From contig OY969557.1 in the NCBI GenBank assembly GCA_963701025.1, positions 570,042 to 634,041 on the forward strand: 64,000 nt of DNA, in the 5' to 3' direction. Positions 8,836 to 20,002 of this stretch are shown in pieces (within the stretch, counting starts at the first letter, position 1; every line of letters begins with the position of its first letter). Position numbers and translations under genes: made by a program. The notes beneath the pieces are model-generated. The model searched no databases and was not told the origin of the DNA. It saw only the letters and a program-made list of their open reading frames with translations. Source of the DNA: an uncultured bacterium. GTDB taxonomy: Bacteria; Patescibacteriota; Minisyncoccia; Phycocordibacterales; PALSA-1337.

Positions 8836-11043
8836 ATGACCAAAAAAGAATACATCCTTGAAGTCGGCGGCAAGAAGCTCGTGGCCGAATTCAACGACCT
8901 CGCTGACCAGGCCAATGGCTCGGTCCTTCTGCGTTACGGCAACACTGCCGTCATGGCAACGGCTGTTATGGGCGGCGTTCGTGACGGAGATTTCTTTCCA
9001 TTGACTGTGGACTATGAGGAACGCTTCTACGCCACGGGCAGGATACTCGGCTCGCGCTTCATGAGAAGGGAAGGGCGTCCTTCGACGGAGGCGATCCTTT
9101 CCGGCCGCATCGTCGATCGGACTATCCGCCCGCTTTTCAACCAGAAGATGCGCAACGAGGTGCAGATAGTCATTACCACTCTGGCAATCGATCAAGATGA
9201 TCCGGATGTTTCGGCAGTCATAGCTGCTTCTTTAGCTCTTGGTGTTTCGGATATCCCTTGGAATGGACCAGCTTCGGCAGTGCGTGTCTGCCTGTCTGCC
9301 GGACAGGCGGGCAAAAATGCCGAACTTCTCATCAATCCGGACTTCAAGGCACGCGAGGAAGCCGGCATCAGCCTGGACATGATAGCCTGCGGTAAAGATG
9401 GCATGATCAATATGATAGAAGTCGGAAGTAAAGAGGTGGGAGAAGAGGCCGTCAATGAGTCTTTAGTATTAGCATCGGCCGAGATCGAAAAGATCCAAGC
9501 GTGGCAGGAAAAGATCATAAAAGAGATCGGCAAGAAGAAGGCGGAAGTGGCATTGCCTGAAGCTACGCCAGGCACAAAAGAATTATTCGATAAGGCAATC
9601 AGGCCGACTCTCATTAAAAATATATTCAGCAAATCTCCAGAAGGCGGCAAGCAAAGATTTGAGGACGCCATCGACGCCTGGATGACGCTGTTCAAAGAAA
9701 AATTCCCTGAAGGAAACGCCGGCATGGCCATGGAAATAATGGAGGAGGCCGTCAACGAAGTCATTCACGATGAAGCCATAGAAAATGAGAAGCGCCCCGA
9801 CGGACGAGGGCTTGATGAGATACGGCCGCTCTATGTTAAAGCCGGGGGGCTTTCCAGCATCCTTCACGGTTCGGGCATCTTCTACCGCGGCGGCACACAC
9901 GTCCTTTCGACATTGACCCTCGGTTCGCCTGGAGATGCCCTCATCATTGAAGGCTTGACTGTGGAAGAGAACAAACGCTTCATGCACCATTACAATTTCC
10001 CGCCATTCTCGACGGGCGAAACGGGCAGGATTGGCGGCACGAATCGTCGCATGATCGGCCACGGCGCTCTGGCGGAGAAGGCTTTGCTTCCCGTTATCCC
10101 AACGAAAGATAAATTCCCATACACCATACGCCTCGTCTCCGAGGCTATGGCATCGAACGGCTCGACTTCCATGGGTTCGGTCTGCGGCTCCACGTTGGCG
10201 CTCATGGACGGCGGCGTGCCGATAAGCGCGCCGGTTGCGGGCATCGCCAGCGGATTGATGATGAGAGAGTTGAAGGGTGGAAAGGTGAAAGGTGAAAATT
10301 ATGAGTATAAACTTTTAACCGATATCCAAGGACCGGAAGATCACCACGGCGATATGGATTTTAAAGTTGCAGGAACTAGGAAAGGTATAACTGCCGTGCA
10401 AATGGACGTGAAAGTAGGAGGAATTCCGTTGAAGATACTGGGCGAGGCATTCGTCAAAGCAAAAACCGCGCGCCTGAAAATACTCGACCTCATAGAAAAG
10501 GAGATCGCCGCGCCGAGGCCGAAGATATCGCCGAACGCCCCGGAAATCATAACTTTGAAGATAAAACCAGACCAGATAGGCCTAGTCATCGGCACCGGTG
10601 GCAAGACTATCAATGAGATACGGGACGTAACGCACGTAGAAGACATCACCATAGAGGACGACGGCTCGGTCTTCATCACCGGCAAAGGCGGCACAGCCGA
10701 AAAAGCCCGCGAGCTCATAGCCAATATGACAAAAGAATACATGCCGGGAGAGAAATTCGACGGCGAAGTGACACGGCTCATGGACTTCGGCTTCTTCGTC
10801 AAGATAGGTCCGAATGCCGAGGGCATGGTCCATGTGTCCGAGATGGCGCCGTTCCGCGTCGAGCGCGTTGAAACCTATGTCAAGGAAGGGGACAAGGTGC
10901 CGGTCATGGTCAAGGAGATAGACGAGAAAGGCCGCATCAATCTGTCGGTCAAACAGGCCAAGCCAGATTTCTTCGTCAAAAAAGAGGAAACGCCGAGACC
11001 TCCAAGGCCGATGGGTGACAGAGGACCGAGAAGGAGATTTTAG
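8836..11043 (+). CDS. pnp: Polyribonucleotide nucleotidyltransferase
   Basis: FFPLTVDYEER, RRMIGHGALA, SNGSTSMGSVC, GDMDFKVAGT, KH and S1 domains. Confidence 0.98.
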   Translation: MTKKEYILEVGGKKLVAEFNDLADQANGSVLLRYGNTAVMATAVMGGVRDGDFFPLTVDYEERFYATGRILGSRFMRREGRPSTEAILSGRIVDRTIRPLFNQKMRNEVQIVITTLAIDQDDPDVSAVIAASLALGVSDIPWNGPASAVRVCLSAGQAGKNAELLINPDFKAREEAGISLDMIACGKDGMINMIEVGSKEVGEEAVNESLVLASAEIEKIQAWQEKIIKEIGKKKAEVALPEATPGTKELFDKAIRPTLIKNIFSKSPEGGKQRFEDAIDAWMTLFKEKFPEGNAGMAMEIMEEAVNEVIHDEAIENEKRPDGRGLDEIRPLYVKAGGLSSILHGSGIFYRGGTHVLSTLTLGSPGDALIIEGLTVEENKRFMHHYNFPPFSTGETGRIGGTNRRMIGHGALAEKALLPVIPTKDKFPYTIRLVSEAMASNGSTSMGSVCGSTLALMDGGVPISAPVAGIASGLMMRELKGGKVKGENYEYKLLTDIQGPEDHHGDMDFKVAGTRKGITAVQMDVKVGGIPLKILGEAFVKAKTARLKILDLIEKEIAAPRPKISPNAPEIITLKIKPDQIGLVIGTGGKTINEIRDVTHVEDITIEDDGSVFITGKGGTAEKARELIANMTKEYMPGEKFDGEVTRLMDFGFFVKIGPNAEGMVHVSEMAPFRVERVETYVKEGDKVPVMVKEIDEKGRINLSVKQAKPDFFVKKEETPRPPRPMGDRGPRRRF

Positions 11044-11085
11044 AATCTCACTATATTTTCCTTCCATTCCAGCTATAATAGACGT

Positions 11086-12582
11086 ATGGACGACGACAAT
11101 CTCCCAACTCCACCCAAAGACGCCAGTGATGAGAAAGAGACCTTGTTCTCCTTCAAAGGCCACGACATAAGGACGGGGAAAAAAGAGGCGATACCGGCAA
11201 AGATCGAACCGGCGGCGCCTTCGAACGCGCCATCGCGCATACCGCCGGCAGTGCCAGCGCCACAAGGGCAAAAATCAAATACGCCCGTAAGGCCCACAGC
11301 ACCCTTCATGGTTCCAAATCCCGTGGCGAGACCTACGACACCTGCGAACACGGCGACGAATCCACCGGCAAGACCTGCTCCAGTACCACCGAAGATACGG
11401 ACCCTAGGTACCGCCCCCGCTCCGAACGCGCCAGCATGGACCGGTGCTGACTCATCAAAAGCTTTGCGCACATATGAAGGCGACGTGGCCGAAGCGCTCG
11501 CTCACAAAGGTTCCTCCGCCGCTTCCATCGCCCTAGCGGAAAGCCGCAAGAACAGCGGTGAAGACCGTCTTGGCACCACGGAAGAATCATCTTCCGCGGC
11601 ACACGCGGGCAGGAAGATCGTCATAACCCTGGTAAGCTTGCTCCTCATCGGCGGGGGAGCAGTCGGCGCGTACTATCTCTACAGCATCAGTCCCTTGGCA
11701 CCGGCAAAACAGGCGGCTCCGCAGGCGCAAGCGGCTCCGTCGCTCGTGCCTTCCGACACGCAAGCGGTGATAGCGATCGACGGCATGGACCCTGTCGCCG
11801 TCATACGCGCGGTACGGGCCGAAATAGCCAAACCGCAAGGTATTAATACCATAAAGGAGATCACCCTCGTACAGACCACGAACGGCTTGCATTACCGAGT
11901 GACCGGGCCGGACATGGCGAATATCATGGATATCGGAGCCCCGGACATAGTCCTACGGGCGCTCTCTAACGATTGGATGCTGGGCGTCTACGCCGATTCC
12001 TCCGGAACAAAGACAGTCTTCGTGGTAGCCACGGTGGACTATTTCCAGAACGCCTTCGCCGGCATGCTCCAATGGGAGGGCCTCATGGCCGATGACCTAA
12101 AATTGTATCTCTATCCGAATACGCCAGCCGACGTCACCACGGCCGCATCACCGATCGAAACGGCGACGATCAATCCTTTGGCGAGTATTGAAAATATCCT
12201 GTCGCCAGCCGCAAGCTCGACGAAAACATATCCAACAAGCCCGGCAACGACGTCATCGACGATCAAGCGCCGCTCATTCTCGGAAACAGGCGGGCAGGCA
12301 GGCACAGTACAGGCGAGCACAAGCCCGACGACAGTATCTTCGACAAATTCAGCGGCGACTACTACGACACCTGTTCAGCCTAGCCAGCCCTATGTCGTTT
12401 TGCGCGGATCATTCGTTGATCGGATCATAGACAACAAAGATGCCCGTGAATTTATAACCAGCGACGGCACTGTTCTTTTCCTGTATTCATTCATCGACAA
12501 TACGAAGCTCGTCATAACGGGTTCGGAGGCCACTCTCTCCGCGATCCTGAACCGGCTTGAACAACAAGTGTTTGTGCGCTAG
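11086..12582 (+). CDS. Hypothetical membrane-anchored protein, Pro/Thr-rich
   Basis: 498-aa ORF with one TM helix. Confidence 0.75.
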   Translation: MDDDNLPTPPKDASDEKETLFSFKGHDIRTGKKEAIPAKIEPAAPSNAPSRIPPAVPAPQGQKSNTPVRPTAPFMVPNPVARPTTPANTATNPPARPAPVPPKIRTLGTAPAPNAPAWTGADSSKALRTYEGDVAEALAHKGSSAASIALAESRKNSGEDRLGTTEESSSAAHAGRKIVITLVSLLLIGGGAVGAYYLYSISPLAPAKQAAPQAQAAPSLVPSDTQAVIAIDGMDPVAVIRAVRAEIAKPQGINTIKEITLVQTTNGLHYRVTGPDMANIMDIGAPDIVLRALSNDWMLGVYADSSGTKTVFVVATVDYFQNAFAGMLQWEGLMADDLKLYLYPNTPADVTTAASPIETATINPLASIENILSPAASSTKTYPTSPATTSSTIKRRSFSETGGQAGTVQASTSPTTVSSTNSAATTTTPVQPSQPYVVLRGSFVDRIIDNKDAREFITSDGTVLFLYSFIDNTKLVITGSEATLSAILNRLEQQVFVR

Positions 12583-12594
12583 AATGGCGCCACC

Positions 12595-12957
12595 ATGAAT
12601 ACGCACGACACCGAACGATTCAAAAAAAGGCTCCTCGCGGAGCAGGCGCAACTCGAGGAAGGATTGGGCGGTATCGGCATAAAAAACCCGCAAACCGCCG
12701 GCGGATGGGAGGCGACTTCCGGCGGCATGGAAGTCGATTCCGCCGATGACAACGAGGTTGCCGACAAATTGGAGGAACTGGAGGAAAATACTGGCGTAGT
12801 GAACAATCTCGACAGTCAATTGAACGAAGTCAAAGCCGCCCTCGAACGCATAGAAAAGGGCACATACGGCCTCTGCGAGGTCTGCGGCAAACCGATAGAA
12901 AAAGAGCGCCTGGAAGCAAATCCGAGCGCCCGCGTTTCCATAAAGCACGGCCACTAG
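12595..12957 (+). CDS. TraR/DksA family zinc-finger protein
   Basis: ALERIEKGTYGLCEVCGKPIEKERLEANPSA. Confidence 0.88.
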   Translation: MNTHDTERFKKRLLAEQAQLEEGLGGIGIKNPQTAGGWEATSGGMEVDSADDNEVADKLEELEENTGVVNNLDSQLNEVKAALERIEKGTYGLCEVCGKPIEKERLEANPSARVSIKHGH

Positions 12958-13069
12958 ACAAGGTCGTTGGGGGTACATCGGCGATTTTCATCATTCCTTT
13001 ATCGGATCTTCATCGTTTCTTGAGGACTTTTTGAGCGTTTCTTTATCGCTCTCCTGATAGTCTGTGTGC

Positions 13070-14629
13070 ATGAGCACCGCACAAGCATATAGCGCCCATC
13101 TTTCCGGACTCAAAGCAGAGACAGTTACCATAGAAGTGGACATATCCAATGGTCTGCACGCTTTTTCCATAGTCGGCTTGGGTGATCGGGCAGTGGAAGA
13201 AGCCAAGGACCGCGTATCGGCGGCCATTAAGAACACTGGTTTTGTATCCCCGAAACAGAAAAATCAGAAGGTGGTCATATCTCTCGCTCCGGCCGACGTG
13301 CGCAAGGAAGGTCCGGGGTTCGATCTGGCCATGGCGGTCGCTTATCTCGCCGCGGCGGGCGATCTCGATCTCGACTATGAAGGAAAGCTCTTCCTCGGCG
13401 AACTGTCGCTCGAGGGAACCATTCGCAATGTCCACGGGCTTCTGCCGGTCCTTGTTCAAGCCGCGGCGCAAGGTTTTACCACGGCTTTCGTGCCAATGGA
13501 TAATGCCATCGAGGCGTCGCTGGCCAAGGATATCATCATATATGGGGCGCGTTCGCTCCGCGAAGTCATAGACCACCTATCGAGAAAACGGCGGCTCGAG
13601 CAGATCGTTCCCGCTCCAGAAGCGGGGGAAGATGACGCTCCATCAGGCATAGACATGTCAGTCATCCGCGGCAATGAGACCGCCAAAAGAGGATTGGAGA
13701 TAGCCGCGGCAGGGGCGCATAACATACTCCTCTACGGTCCGCCTGGCACCGGCAAGACCATGCTGGCTCATGCTTTTACCTCCATCCTGCCGCCGCTCTC
13801 ATACGAACAGTCGGTTGAGGTCACCAGTATCCATTCCGCGGCTCGAATCCTTCCCCAAGGCCTTATCGTCCGGTCACCTTTCCGGGCGCCGCATCATACG
13901 GCCTCGGCCATATCCATCCTGGGCGGCGGCCAGAGCCCGCATCCGGGCGAGATCACTCTGGCCCATCGCGGCGTTCTTTTTCTCGATGAATTCCCGGAAT
14001 TCGACCGAAAGGTGGTTGAAGCCCTCCGTCAGCCGCTCGAAGACCGCGAGATCACGGTCGCCCGAGCCAAGGGATCCGTCACTTTTCCGGCCCAATGCAT
14101 ACTGATAGCTTCCATGAATCCTTGCAGATGCGGTACGACTACCGAAGGAGGATGCGTCTGCCCGGCCCATCTCCGTGAAGCGTATCGCAGGAGGATATCT
14201 GCGCCTGTCATGGATCGGATCGACTTGTGGGTCAACGTGAACAAGGTTGATTATGAAAAACTGGCGGCACGGGAAGCGTCCGGCGAAAGTTCAGGCGTCA
14301 TCCGCGCCAGAATCGCCGCCGCGCGGGCCCTACAGGCGGAACGGCTCCGTAAGATCGGTGCCGGAAAGAAACATGCCGGAAAAAATGAAGACGCTGTGAA
14401 ATACTTCAACAGCGAGATGTCGGCCGACGACATAGAGAATGGTTCTCATCTGAAAGATGACGCGCGGACGGCTCTGCGGCTGTCGGCGGAGAGGTTCGGA
14501 TTTTCCGGCCGGGCATTTCATCGGGCCATCAAAGTGGCGCGGACGATAGCCGACTTGGCCGGGTCGAAAGATATCCTCAAGGAACATGTCTTGGAAGCTC
14601 TGCAATACAGACGTAAGACGCCTCGTTAG
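13070..14629 (+). CDS. comM: YifB/ComM family Mg-chelatase-like AAA+ ATPase
   Basis: SLAPADVRKEG..FDL, GPPGTGKT, PFRAPHHTAS, LFLDEFPEF. Confidence 0.92.
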   Translation: MSTAQAYSAHLSGLKAETVTIEVDISNGLHAFSIVGLGDRAVEEAKDRVSAAIKNTGFVSPKQKNQKVVISLAPADVRKEGPGFDLAMAVAYLAAAGDLDLDYEGKLFLGELSLEGTIRNVHGLLPVLVQAAAQGFTTAFVPMDNAIEASLAKDIIIYGARSLREVIDHLSRKRRLEQIVPAPEAGEDDAPSGIDMSVIRGNETAKRGLEIAAAGAHNILLYGPPGTGKTMLAHAFTSILPPLSYEQSVEVTSIHSAARILPQGLIVRSPFRAPHHTASAISILGGGQSPHPGEITLAHRGVLFLDEFPEFDRKVVEALRQPLEDREITVARAKGSVTFPAQCILIASMNPCRCGTTTEGGCVCPAHLREAYRRRISAPVMDRIDLWVNVNKVDYEKLAAREASGESSGVIRARIAAARALQAERLRKIGAGKKHAGKNEDAVKYFNSEMSADDIENGSHLKDDARTALRLSAERFGFSGRAFHRAIKVARTIADLAGSKDILKEHVLEALQYRRKTPR

Positions 14630-14652
14630 GGCGCGGACAAAAAGGCGCGGTA

Positions 14653-15786
14653 CTACTGGCACAAAGCCGGGTCGACGAAGGGATTTTGGGCCCCGCGGAT
14701 CTCGAAATGCGTGTGTGGACCGGTGGTCATGCCGGTCATACCGACATAACCGATGATTTCTCCCTGTGAGACACTTTCGCCGGCGCTGACCGCGGGCTTC
14801 GACATGTGGGCGTATAGAGTTTCAACCCCGTTCGGATGAGAGATCATGACAAAGTTACCATAGCCACCGTTCCACATGCCGTTCGATTTGCTGATGATGA
14901 CGGTGCCCGCGGCCGCGGCATGGATGGGCGTGCCTCGCTCTATGGCAAGATCGACGGCGTTATGTCCGTGCAGGCCTTGGCTCAAGCGCGCGCCAGGCAG
15001 AGGACAGGTGAAGTATCCAGGATAAGACGGCCAGTTCCATACCGGATCCAAAAGCGGTTCGAACGAAGGTACCTTATACTTCTGGCGCGACAGGAATGAC
15101 GTGACTTCGCTTATCGAAGGTTTTCCGTGCGGAATGACCAGTTGCTGGCCTACCGTGATGGTTGAAGAAGCGGTCATGTCGTTGTAGATATAAATGTCGT
15201 TAACGTCGACCTTGAACGCATTCGCTATCTTTTGGAGAGAGTCTTTCGCCTGGACCGCGTAGAGGACGCCCGTCACGGGCAGTATGATGAGCGATTGGCC
15301 GGGTTTTATGGTATCACCAGAAAGATGGTTGGCCTGCTTGATCGTATCCACTGATATGTCGAACATGAGAGCGATCCCTGACAAGGTGTCGTCGCCCTGC
15401 ACGACATAGGTGCTCATAGCCGTGTTGACGGAGTCGCTGCCGCTTGCGGCACAGGCGGCCGTCAAATCCGGGACAAGAGTATTGTCATCGACCGGCGGTA
15501 CGCCCGGCAGATCGCATGGATTGGAAGGACCGGTCGGGGCCTGAAGATAATCATTGTTACTGGCAGATGAAGATGAATTGCCGGAAGATACAACATTTGC
15601 CGCTGATGCCTGGCCGGGGGAGACGAGATTGGCCACGAATGAAAAGAGACCGCTCTGCCAATTGGCTGATGCGGTCCCCGAGTACGCGATGAATATACCA
15701 GCGGCCATTACGAACATAACGACCCATGTCGCCGGGCGCTTTGAAAAAACCGTGTATTTAGATTTCCTATGGGATTCTGATTGCAT
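14653..15786 (-). CDS. LysM and M23 peptidase domain protein
   Basis: Two LysM repeats; HNAVD, LYAHMS, TGPHTHFE. Confidence 0.92.
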   Translation of the reverse strand: MQSESHRKSKYTVFSKRPATWVVMFVMAAGIFIAYSGTASANWQSGLFSFVANLVSPGQASAANVVSSGNSSSSASNNDYLQAPTGPSNPCDLPGVPPVDDNTLVPDLTAACAASGSDSVNTAMSTYVVQGDDTLSGIALMFDISVDTIKQANHLSGDTIKPGQSLIILPVTGVLYAVQAKDSLQKIANAFKVDVNDIYIYNDMTASSTITVGQQLVIPHGKPSISEVTSFLSRQKYKVPSFEPLLDPVWNWPSYPGYFTCPLPGARLSQGLHGHNAVDLAIERGTPIHAAAAGTVIISKSNGMWNGGYGNFVMISHPNGVETLYAHMSKPAVSAGESVSQGEIIGYVGMTGMTTGPHTHFEIRGAQNPFVDPALCQ

Positions 15787-16043
15787 AACGAATATGTCCT
15801 ATCCGCAAGTCATCCGCATCTGCCCGTCAGGCGCTCCGTGTCGCATTCGGTAATAAATAAACGGCTCTGTTGAGCCACAATAATCTATTTATTCACTTGA
15901 ACGCACTATAAGCGTAGCAGGCACGCAGAGTATGTCAATGAATACTGTACACAGCAATAAAGATTGCCGTAATGTCAATAAGTGTGACTAAAAATATGAG
16001 CCTGACCTAAGAGAACCGAAGCCGCGTGCTACTATAGACTTCC

Positions 16044-18086
16044 ATGCATAATCCGAGCCACATGCAAAAACTCAACGCCGAACAAGAGCGCGCCGTGGAA
16101 ACGACGGAAGGACCCCTGCTCATCATCGCCGGCGCCGGCGCAGGCAAGACGCGCGTCATCACTCACCGCATCCTGAACCTGATCAGGAAAGGAACGGCTC
16201 CCCATTCCATCCTGGCCATCACTTTCACCAACAAAGCCGCGAAAGAGATGCGGGGGCGAGTAGAGACGCTTTTGACCGAAGATAAGACACTCAATCTGCC
16301 GATCTCAATGAACGAACGGCCTTTCGTCAGCACATTCCACGCCCTGGGCGTCCATATCATCCGCGAGAATGCCGGCCTGCTCGGTCTCTCGCGGCATTTC
16401 ACCATATACGACCGAGCCGATTCGCGACGGGCAGTCAAAGAAGCGATGCTCCGATCGTCAGTCGATCCGAAGGCCTTCGATCCGGCGACGGTCCTCAACA
16501 TGATCTCGCGGGCGAAAGGGGACGGTCTCGACCGGCAGGAATATATGGACCGTGCCGTCGAAAAAGGCGGGAAAAAGAGCGGGGGCGGATTTATCGAGGA
16601 AGTCGTAGCCAAAGTATGGGAGAAATATGAGGCGATCCTGGCCGGAGAGAAGGCCCTGGACTTCGACGACCTGCTTCTGAAGACTGTACAGCTTCTGGAA
16701 AGACATAAAGACGTGCGCGAACATTACCAAGCCGTCTGGAAATACATCCATATCGACGAATACCAGGACACGAACCGCGTGCAATACAAGATCGCCAGGC
16801 TTTTGGCGGGAAACACCAATGTGCCTGGATCAGAGCCGGGAAATGGCGGCCCCAACATCTGCGTGGTCGGCGACGCGGACCAGAATATCTACAGTTGGCG
16901 CGGCGCGACCATAGAGAACATCCTTAATTTTGAGAAAGATTATCCGGAGGCGCAGACGATAGCCTTGGAGACGAACTATCGCTCGACCAAGACCATCATC
17001 ACTGCGGCCAATGACATCATAGAGAAGAATGTCATGCGAAAAAAGAAGACTCTGCGCACAGACAATGCCGCCGGAGAGAAGATAACGCTCATGGCATCGT
17101 ATTCCGAGGACAATGAAGCGCAGGCCATCGCCGACGAGACGCGTAACCTGATCGCCGCGGGCGCTTCACCACGCGAGATCGCCGTGCTCTATCGGGCCAA
17201 CTTCCAATCGCGCGCCCTGGAAGAATCTTTCATCAAGAAGAACATACCTTACCAGCTGGTCGGGGTGCGCTTCTTCGAAAGGAAAGAGGTAAAAGACGTA
17301 CTTTCATATGTCCGCGCGGCTCTGAATCGCGACAGTCTGGGCGACATCGGTCGTATCATCAACATTCCGCCTCGGGGCATCGGCAAGGTTACCGTAGCAA
17401 AGCTATTTTCCGCGAGAGAAGACCTCATACCTCCGGCCACCCGGACGAAGATCGCCGATTTCCGCAAACTGCTCGACGATATCCGCCGCGAGCTCGTCGA
17501 AAAGAAACCGTCCGAGGCGGTGAAGTTCGTCATCAAGGAAACGGGCATGGAAAACATGCTCCGTCCGCGATCAGAAGGCGGCCAGGGAGACGGCGAGGAC
17601 GAAGAGCGACTTCTCAACATCCGCGAGCTCGTGTCCGTGGCGGCGCATTATGACCACATGAGGCCGGAAGAAGGCATCGAAGCCCTGCTCGCGAACGCGG
17701 CCTTGGCCAGCGATCAGGATGATCTGGAAAAAGACGACGATGCCGTAAAGCTGATGACCGTGCACGCCTCGAAAGGTCTCGAGTTCGAGAATGTATTCAT
17801 CGCCGGTCTCGAGCAGGATCTCTTTCCTTTCAAACATGTGGATGAAGACGGCATGAGCCAGGCCGAAGAGGAGGAAGAACGGCGTCTTTTTTACGTCGCT
17901 CTCACCCGCGCCAAGAAGAAGATATACTTGAGCTACACTATCATCCGCACCATATACGGCGCCCAGAGGATAAGCGTTCCTTCGGAATTCATCGCCGATA
18001 TAGACAAAAACCTGATAGAGGATCATGTTCCGGAAAAGCATTCGCCAGCTGTCGGAGGCGCCAAAGCGATATTCATCGATTTCTAG
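16044..18086 (+). CDS. pcrA: ATP-dependent DNA helicase UvrD/PcrA
   Basis: AGAGAGKT, DEYQDTN, VGDADQNIYSWRGA, TVHASKGLEF, EERRLFYVALTRA. Confidence 0.95.
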   Translation: MHNPSHMQKLNAEQERAVETTEGPLLIIAGAGAGKTRVITHRILNLIRKGTAPHSILAITFTNKAAKEMRGRVETLLTEDKTLNLPISMNERPFVSTFHALGVHIIRENAGLLGLSRHFTIYDRADSRRAVKEAMLRSSVDPKAFDPATVLNMISRAKGDGLDRQEYMDRAVEKGGKKSGGGFIEEVVAKVWEKYEAILAGEKALDFDDLLLKTVQLLERHKDVREHYQAVWKYIHIDEYQDTNRVQYKIARLLAGNTNVPGSEPGNGGPNICVVGDADQNIYSWRGATIENILNFEKDYPEAQTIALETNYRSTKTIITAANDIIEKNVMRKKKTLRTDNAAGEKITLMASYSEDNEAQAIADETRNLIAAGASPREIAVLYRANFQSRALEESFIKKNIPYQLVGVRFFERKEVKDVLSYVRAALNRDSLGDIGRIINIPPRGIGKVTVAKLFSAREDLIPPATRTKIADFRKLLDDIRRELVEKKPSEAVKFVIKETGMENMLRPRSEGGQGDGEDEERLLNIRELVSVAAHYDHMRPEEGIEALLANAALASDQDDLEKDDDAVKLMTVHASKGLEFENVFIAGLEQDLFPFKHVDEDGMSQAEEEEERRLFYVALTRAKKKIYLSYTIIRTIYGAQRISVPSEFIADIDKNLIEDHVPEKHSPAVGGAKAIFIDF

Positions 18087-18097
18087 GTTTACAGTCC

Positions 18098-18955
18098 ATG
18101 ACCAAAGACTCAAAAATACGGCCAAAAAAATCCTTGGGACAGCATTTCCTCAATTCGTCTCATGTGCTCGAGCAGATCATATCCGCCGCGGCCATCACCA
18201 AGGACGAGACTGTTCTGGAAATAGGTCCAGGAACGGGAATATTGACGGGAGCATTGCTCAAAGCCGACGCACATGTCATCGCCATTGAGAAAGACGATAG
18301 AGCATATGAGATGTTGAAGGAAAAATTCTCAAAAGAGATCTTCGACGGCAGATTAAGACTGACCCACGGAGATATCTTGAACCAAGATATCTTTAACACG
18401 AAGAATTATGCTATCGTCGCTAATATTCCGTACTACATAACCGGAGCAATATTGGAGAAATTCCTCGAGCATGAGCCCCGGCCGAACCGTATGGTCCTGC
18501 TCGTGCAGAGAGAAGTGGCTGAACGCATCGTGGCGCGGCCGCCTGACGGAACGGGACACGGAAAAGAGAGCGTTCTGTCCATTTCCGTGAAGGCCTTCGG
18601 CGATCCCAAGATCATCGCCAGAGTCTCACGCGGAGCTTTCACTCCTGTACCGACGGTCGACTCGGCAATTCTCGCCATTGAGAATATATCGGGCTCCAGT
18701 CTTGCGGGAAAAAACGCCTCTGCTATAGGACGATTCTTTGAGATTGTCCGAGCCGGATTCGCCCACAAGCGGAAGTTATTGATCAGGAATCTAGAGACCA
18801 TGGCTGACAGAGAAAAAGTGGCGGTTATTTGGAAAAAATTCGGTTTGGATGAGAAGGTCAGAGCCGAGGATATTTCCGTGCAGGATTGGCTGCGTATCGC
18901 CGAACATATCTCCCCAAATGCACACGGTCTTTCAAGCACGCACAATCTTTCATGA
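18098..18955 (+). CDS. rsmA: 16S rRNA dimethyladenosine transferase
   Basis: KKSLGQHFL, LEIGPGTG, ANIPYYIT. Confidence 0.95.
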   Translation: MTKDSKIRPKKSLGQHFLNSSHVLEQIISAAAITKDETVLEIGPGTGILTGALLKADAHVIAIEKDDRAYEMLKEKFSKEIFDGRLRLTHGDILNQDIFNTKNYAIVANIPYYITGAILEKFLEHEPRPNRMVLLVQREVAERIVARPPDGTGHGKESVLSISVKAFGDPKIIARVSRGAFTPVPTVDSAILAIENISGSSLAGKNASAIGRFFEIVRAGFAHKRKLLIRNLETMADREKVAVIWKKFGLDEKVRAEDISVQDWLRIAEHISPNAHGLSSTHNLS

Positions 18956-18967
18956 TATGATAATCGC

Positions 18968-19948
18968 ATGAATAGGGTAGTCATCTCGATCGGCATCGTC
19001 ATACTCGTCGGACTGATCATGTTCGGCGTCTTGGCGTATTTGAATCGCTCCCCGGCGCAGACACCGTCCCCTCCGACTACGAATGGATTCCAAACCTTCG
19101 ACCGCGGTGGAGTCAGTTCTTCCGCCGCTCAAAATACTGAAAACGCCGCACCGATACCATATGCCGTGACGCCAACCTCGACTCCCGTACAACCGCCGGC
19201 GCCCGTCTACCAGGTCCCAATCGTGACGACTCAACCGGCCACATTTTCTGCGCCATTTATCCAGTATGTCCAGCCAAGTCCTGTCATAAGCCAACCGGTC
19301 ATCGTAGAGCAAACCCAACCGGAAGTTTCGCCGCCGCCTGTTCCGGAGCCACAGCCGATACAGGCACCGGTCGCGGCATCGACTTCCCCTTTGCCAAATC
19401 TCGCGGCCTACATTCCCTATAACGGACCGGCCTCGCCTCCACCCAAAACTGTAAGCTCGGGCGGAGGGGGCGGAGGGGGAAGCGACATCACTTCGATCCT
19501 GATAGACTTGGGAATAGGAGTCCTTGCGTATCTTGTGGCGGGACCGATCGGTGCCATTCTGGTCGGATCTCTGGCTGGTGGAATAACTTCGCTGTTCGGA
19601 GGTGGCGGAGGCGGGGGCGGGGGCGGCGGTTTGGGAGCATTGTTCGGTGGAAGCGGGAGCGGGGCAACGGGTAATTTTGGAGGCAAAATAACCAATGTCA
19701 CATATTGCACATGCAGCGTGTCTCTGATGCTAGACATAGACGATGTCAGGGGCCAATCTATTTCGCTCATATTCAGCCCGGGATCAAGCGACCTCTATGC
19801 CGACTACAACGTGTTCGAGTCCGGACCTGAAGTTCTGGGCACATACAGCCAAGGCGGGGGGCAATGCCAGGTATATAGCGGTGAGAGTTGCAATTCCCAA
19901 GGTTCGCCTCAAGGCACGATAAAGATGATCGGGACTTCGGAATATTAG
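18968..19948 (+). CDS. Hypothetical membrane protein with Pro/Gly-rich linker and Cys-containing C-terminal domain
   Basis: N-terminal TM helix, poly-Gly tracts, FGGKI..YCTCS. Confidence 0.7.
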   Translation: MNRVVISIGIVILVGLIMFGVLAYLNRSPAQTPSPPTTNGFQTFDRGGVSSSAAQNTENAAPIPYAVTPTSTPVQPPAPVYQVPIVTTQPATFSAPFIQYVQPSPVISQPVIVEQTQPEVSPPPVPEPQPIQAPVAASTSPLPNLAAYIPYNGPASPPPKTVSSGGGGGGGSDITSILIDLGIGVLAYLVAGPIGAILVGSLAGGITSLFGGGGGGGGGGGLGALFGGSGSGATGNFGGKITNVTYCTCSVSLMLDIDDVRGQSISLIFSPGSSDLYADYNVFESGPEVLGTYSQGGGQCQVYSGESCNSQGSPQGTIKMIGTSEY

Positions 19949-20002
19949 CGCGCGTCTTGTTGATAACATAGCCGCCGAGAAAAGGCCTATAAATGCTACA
20001 AT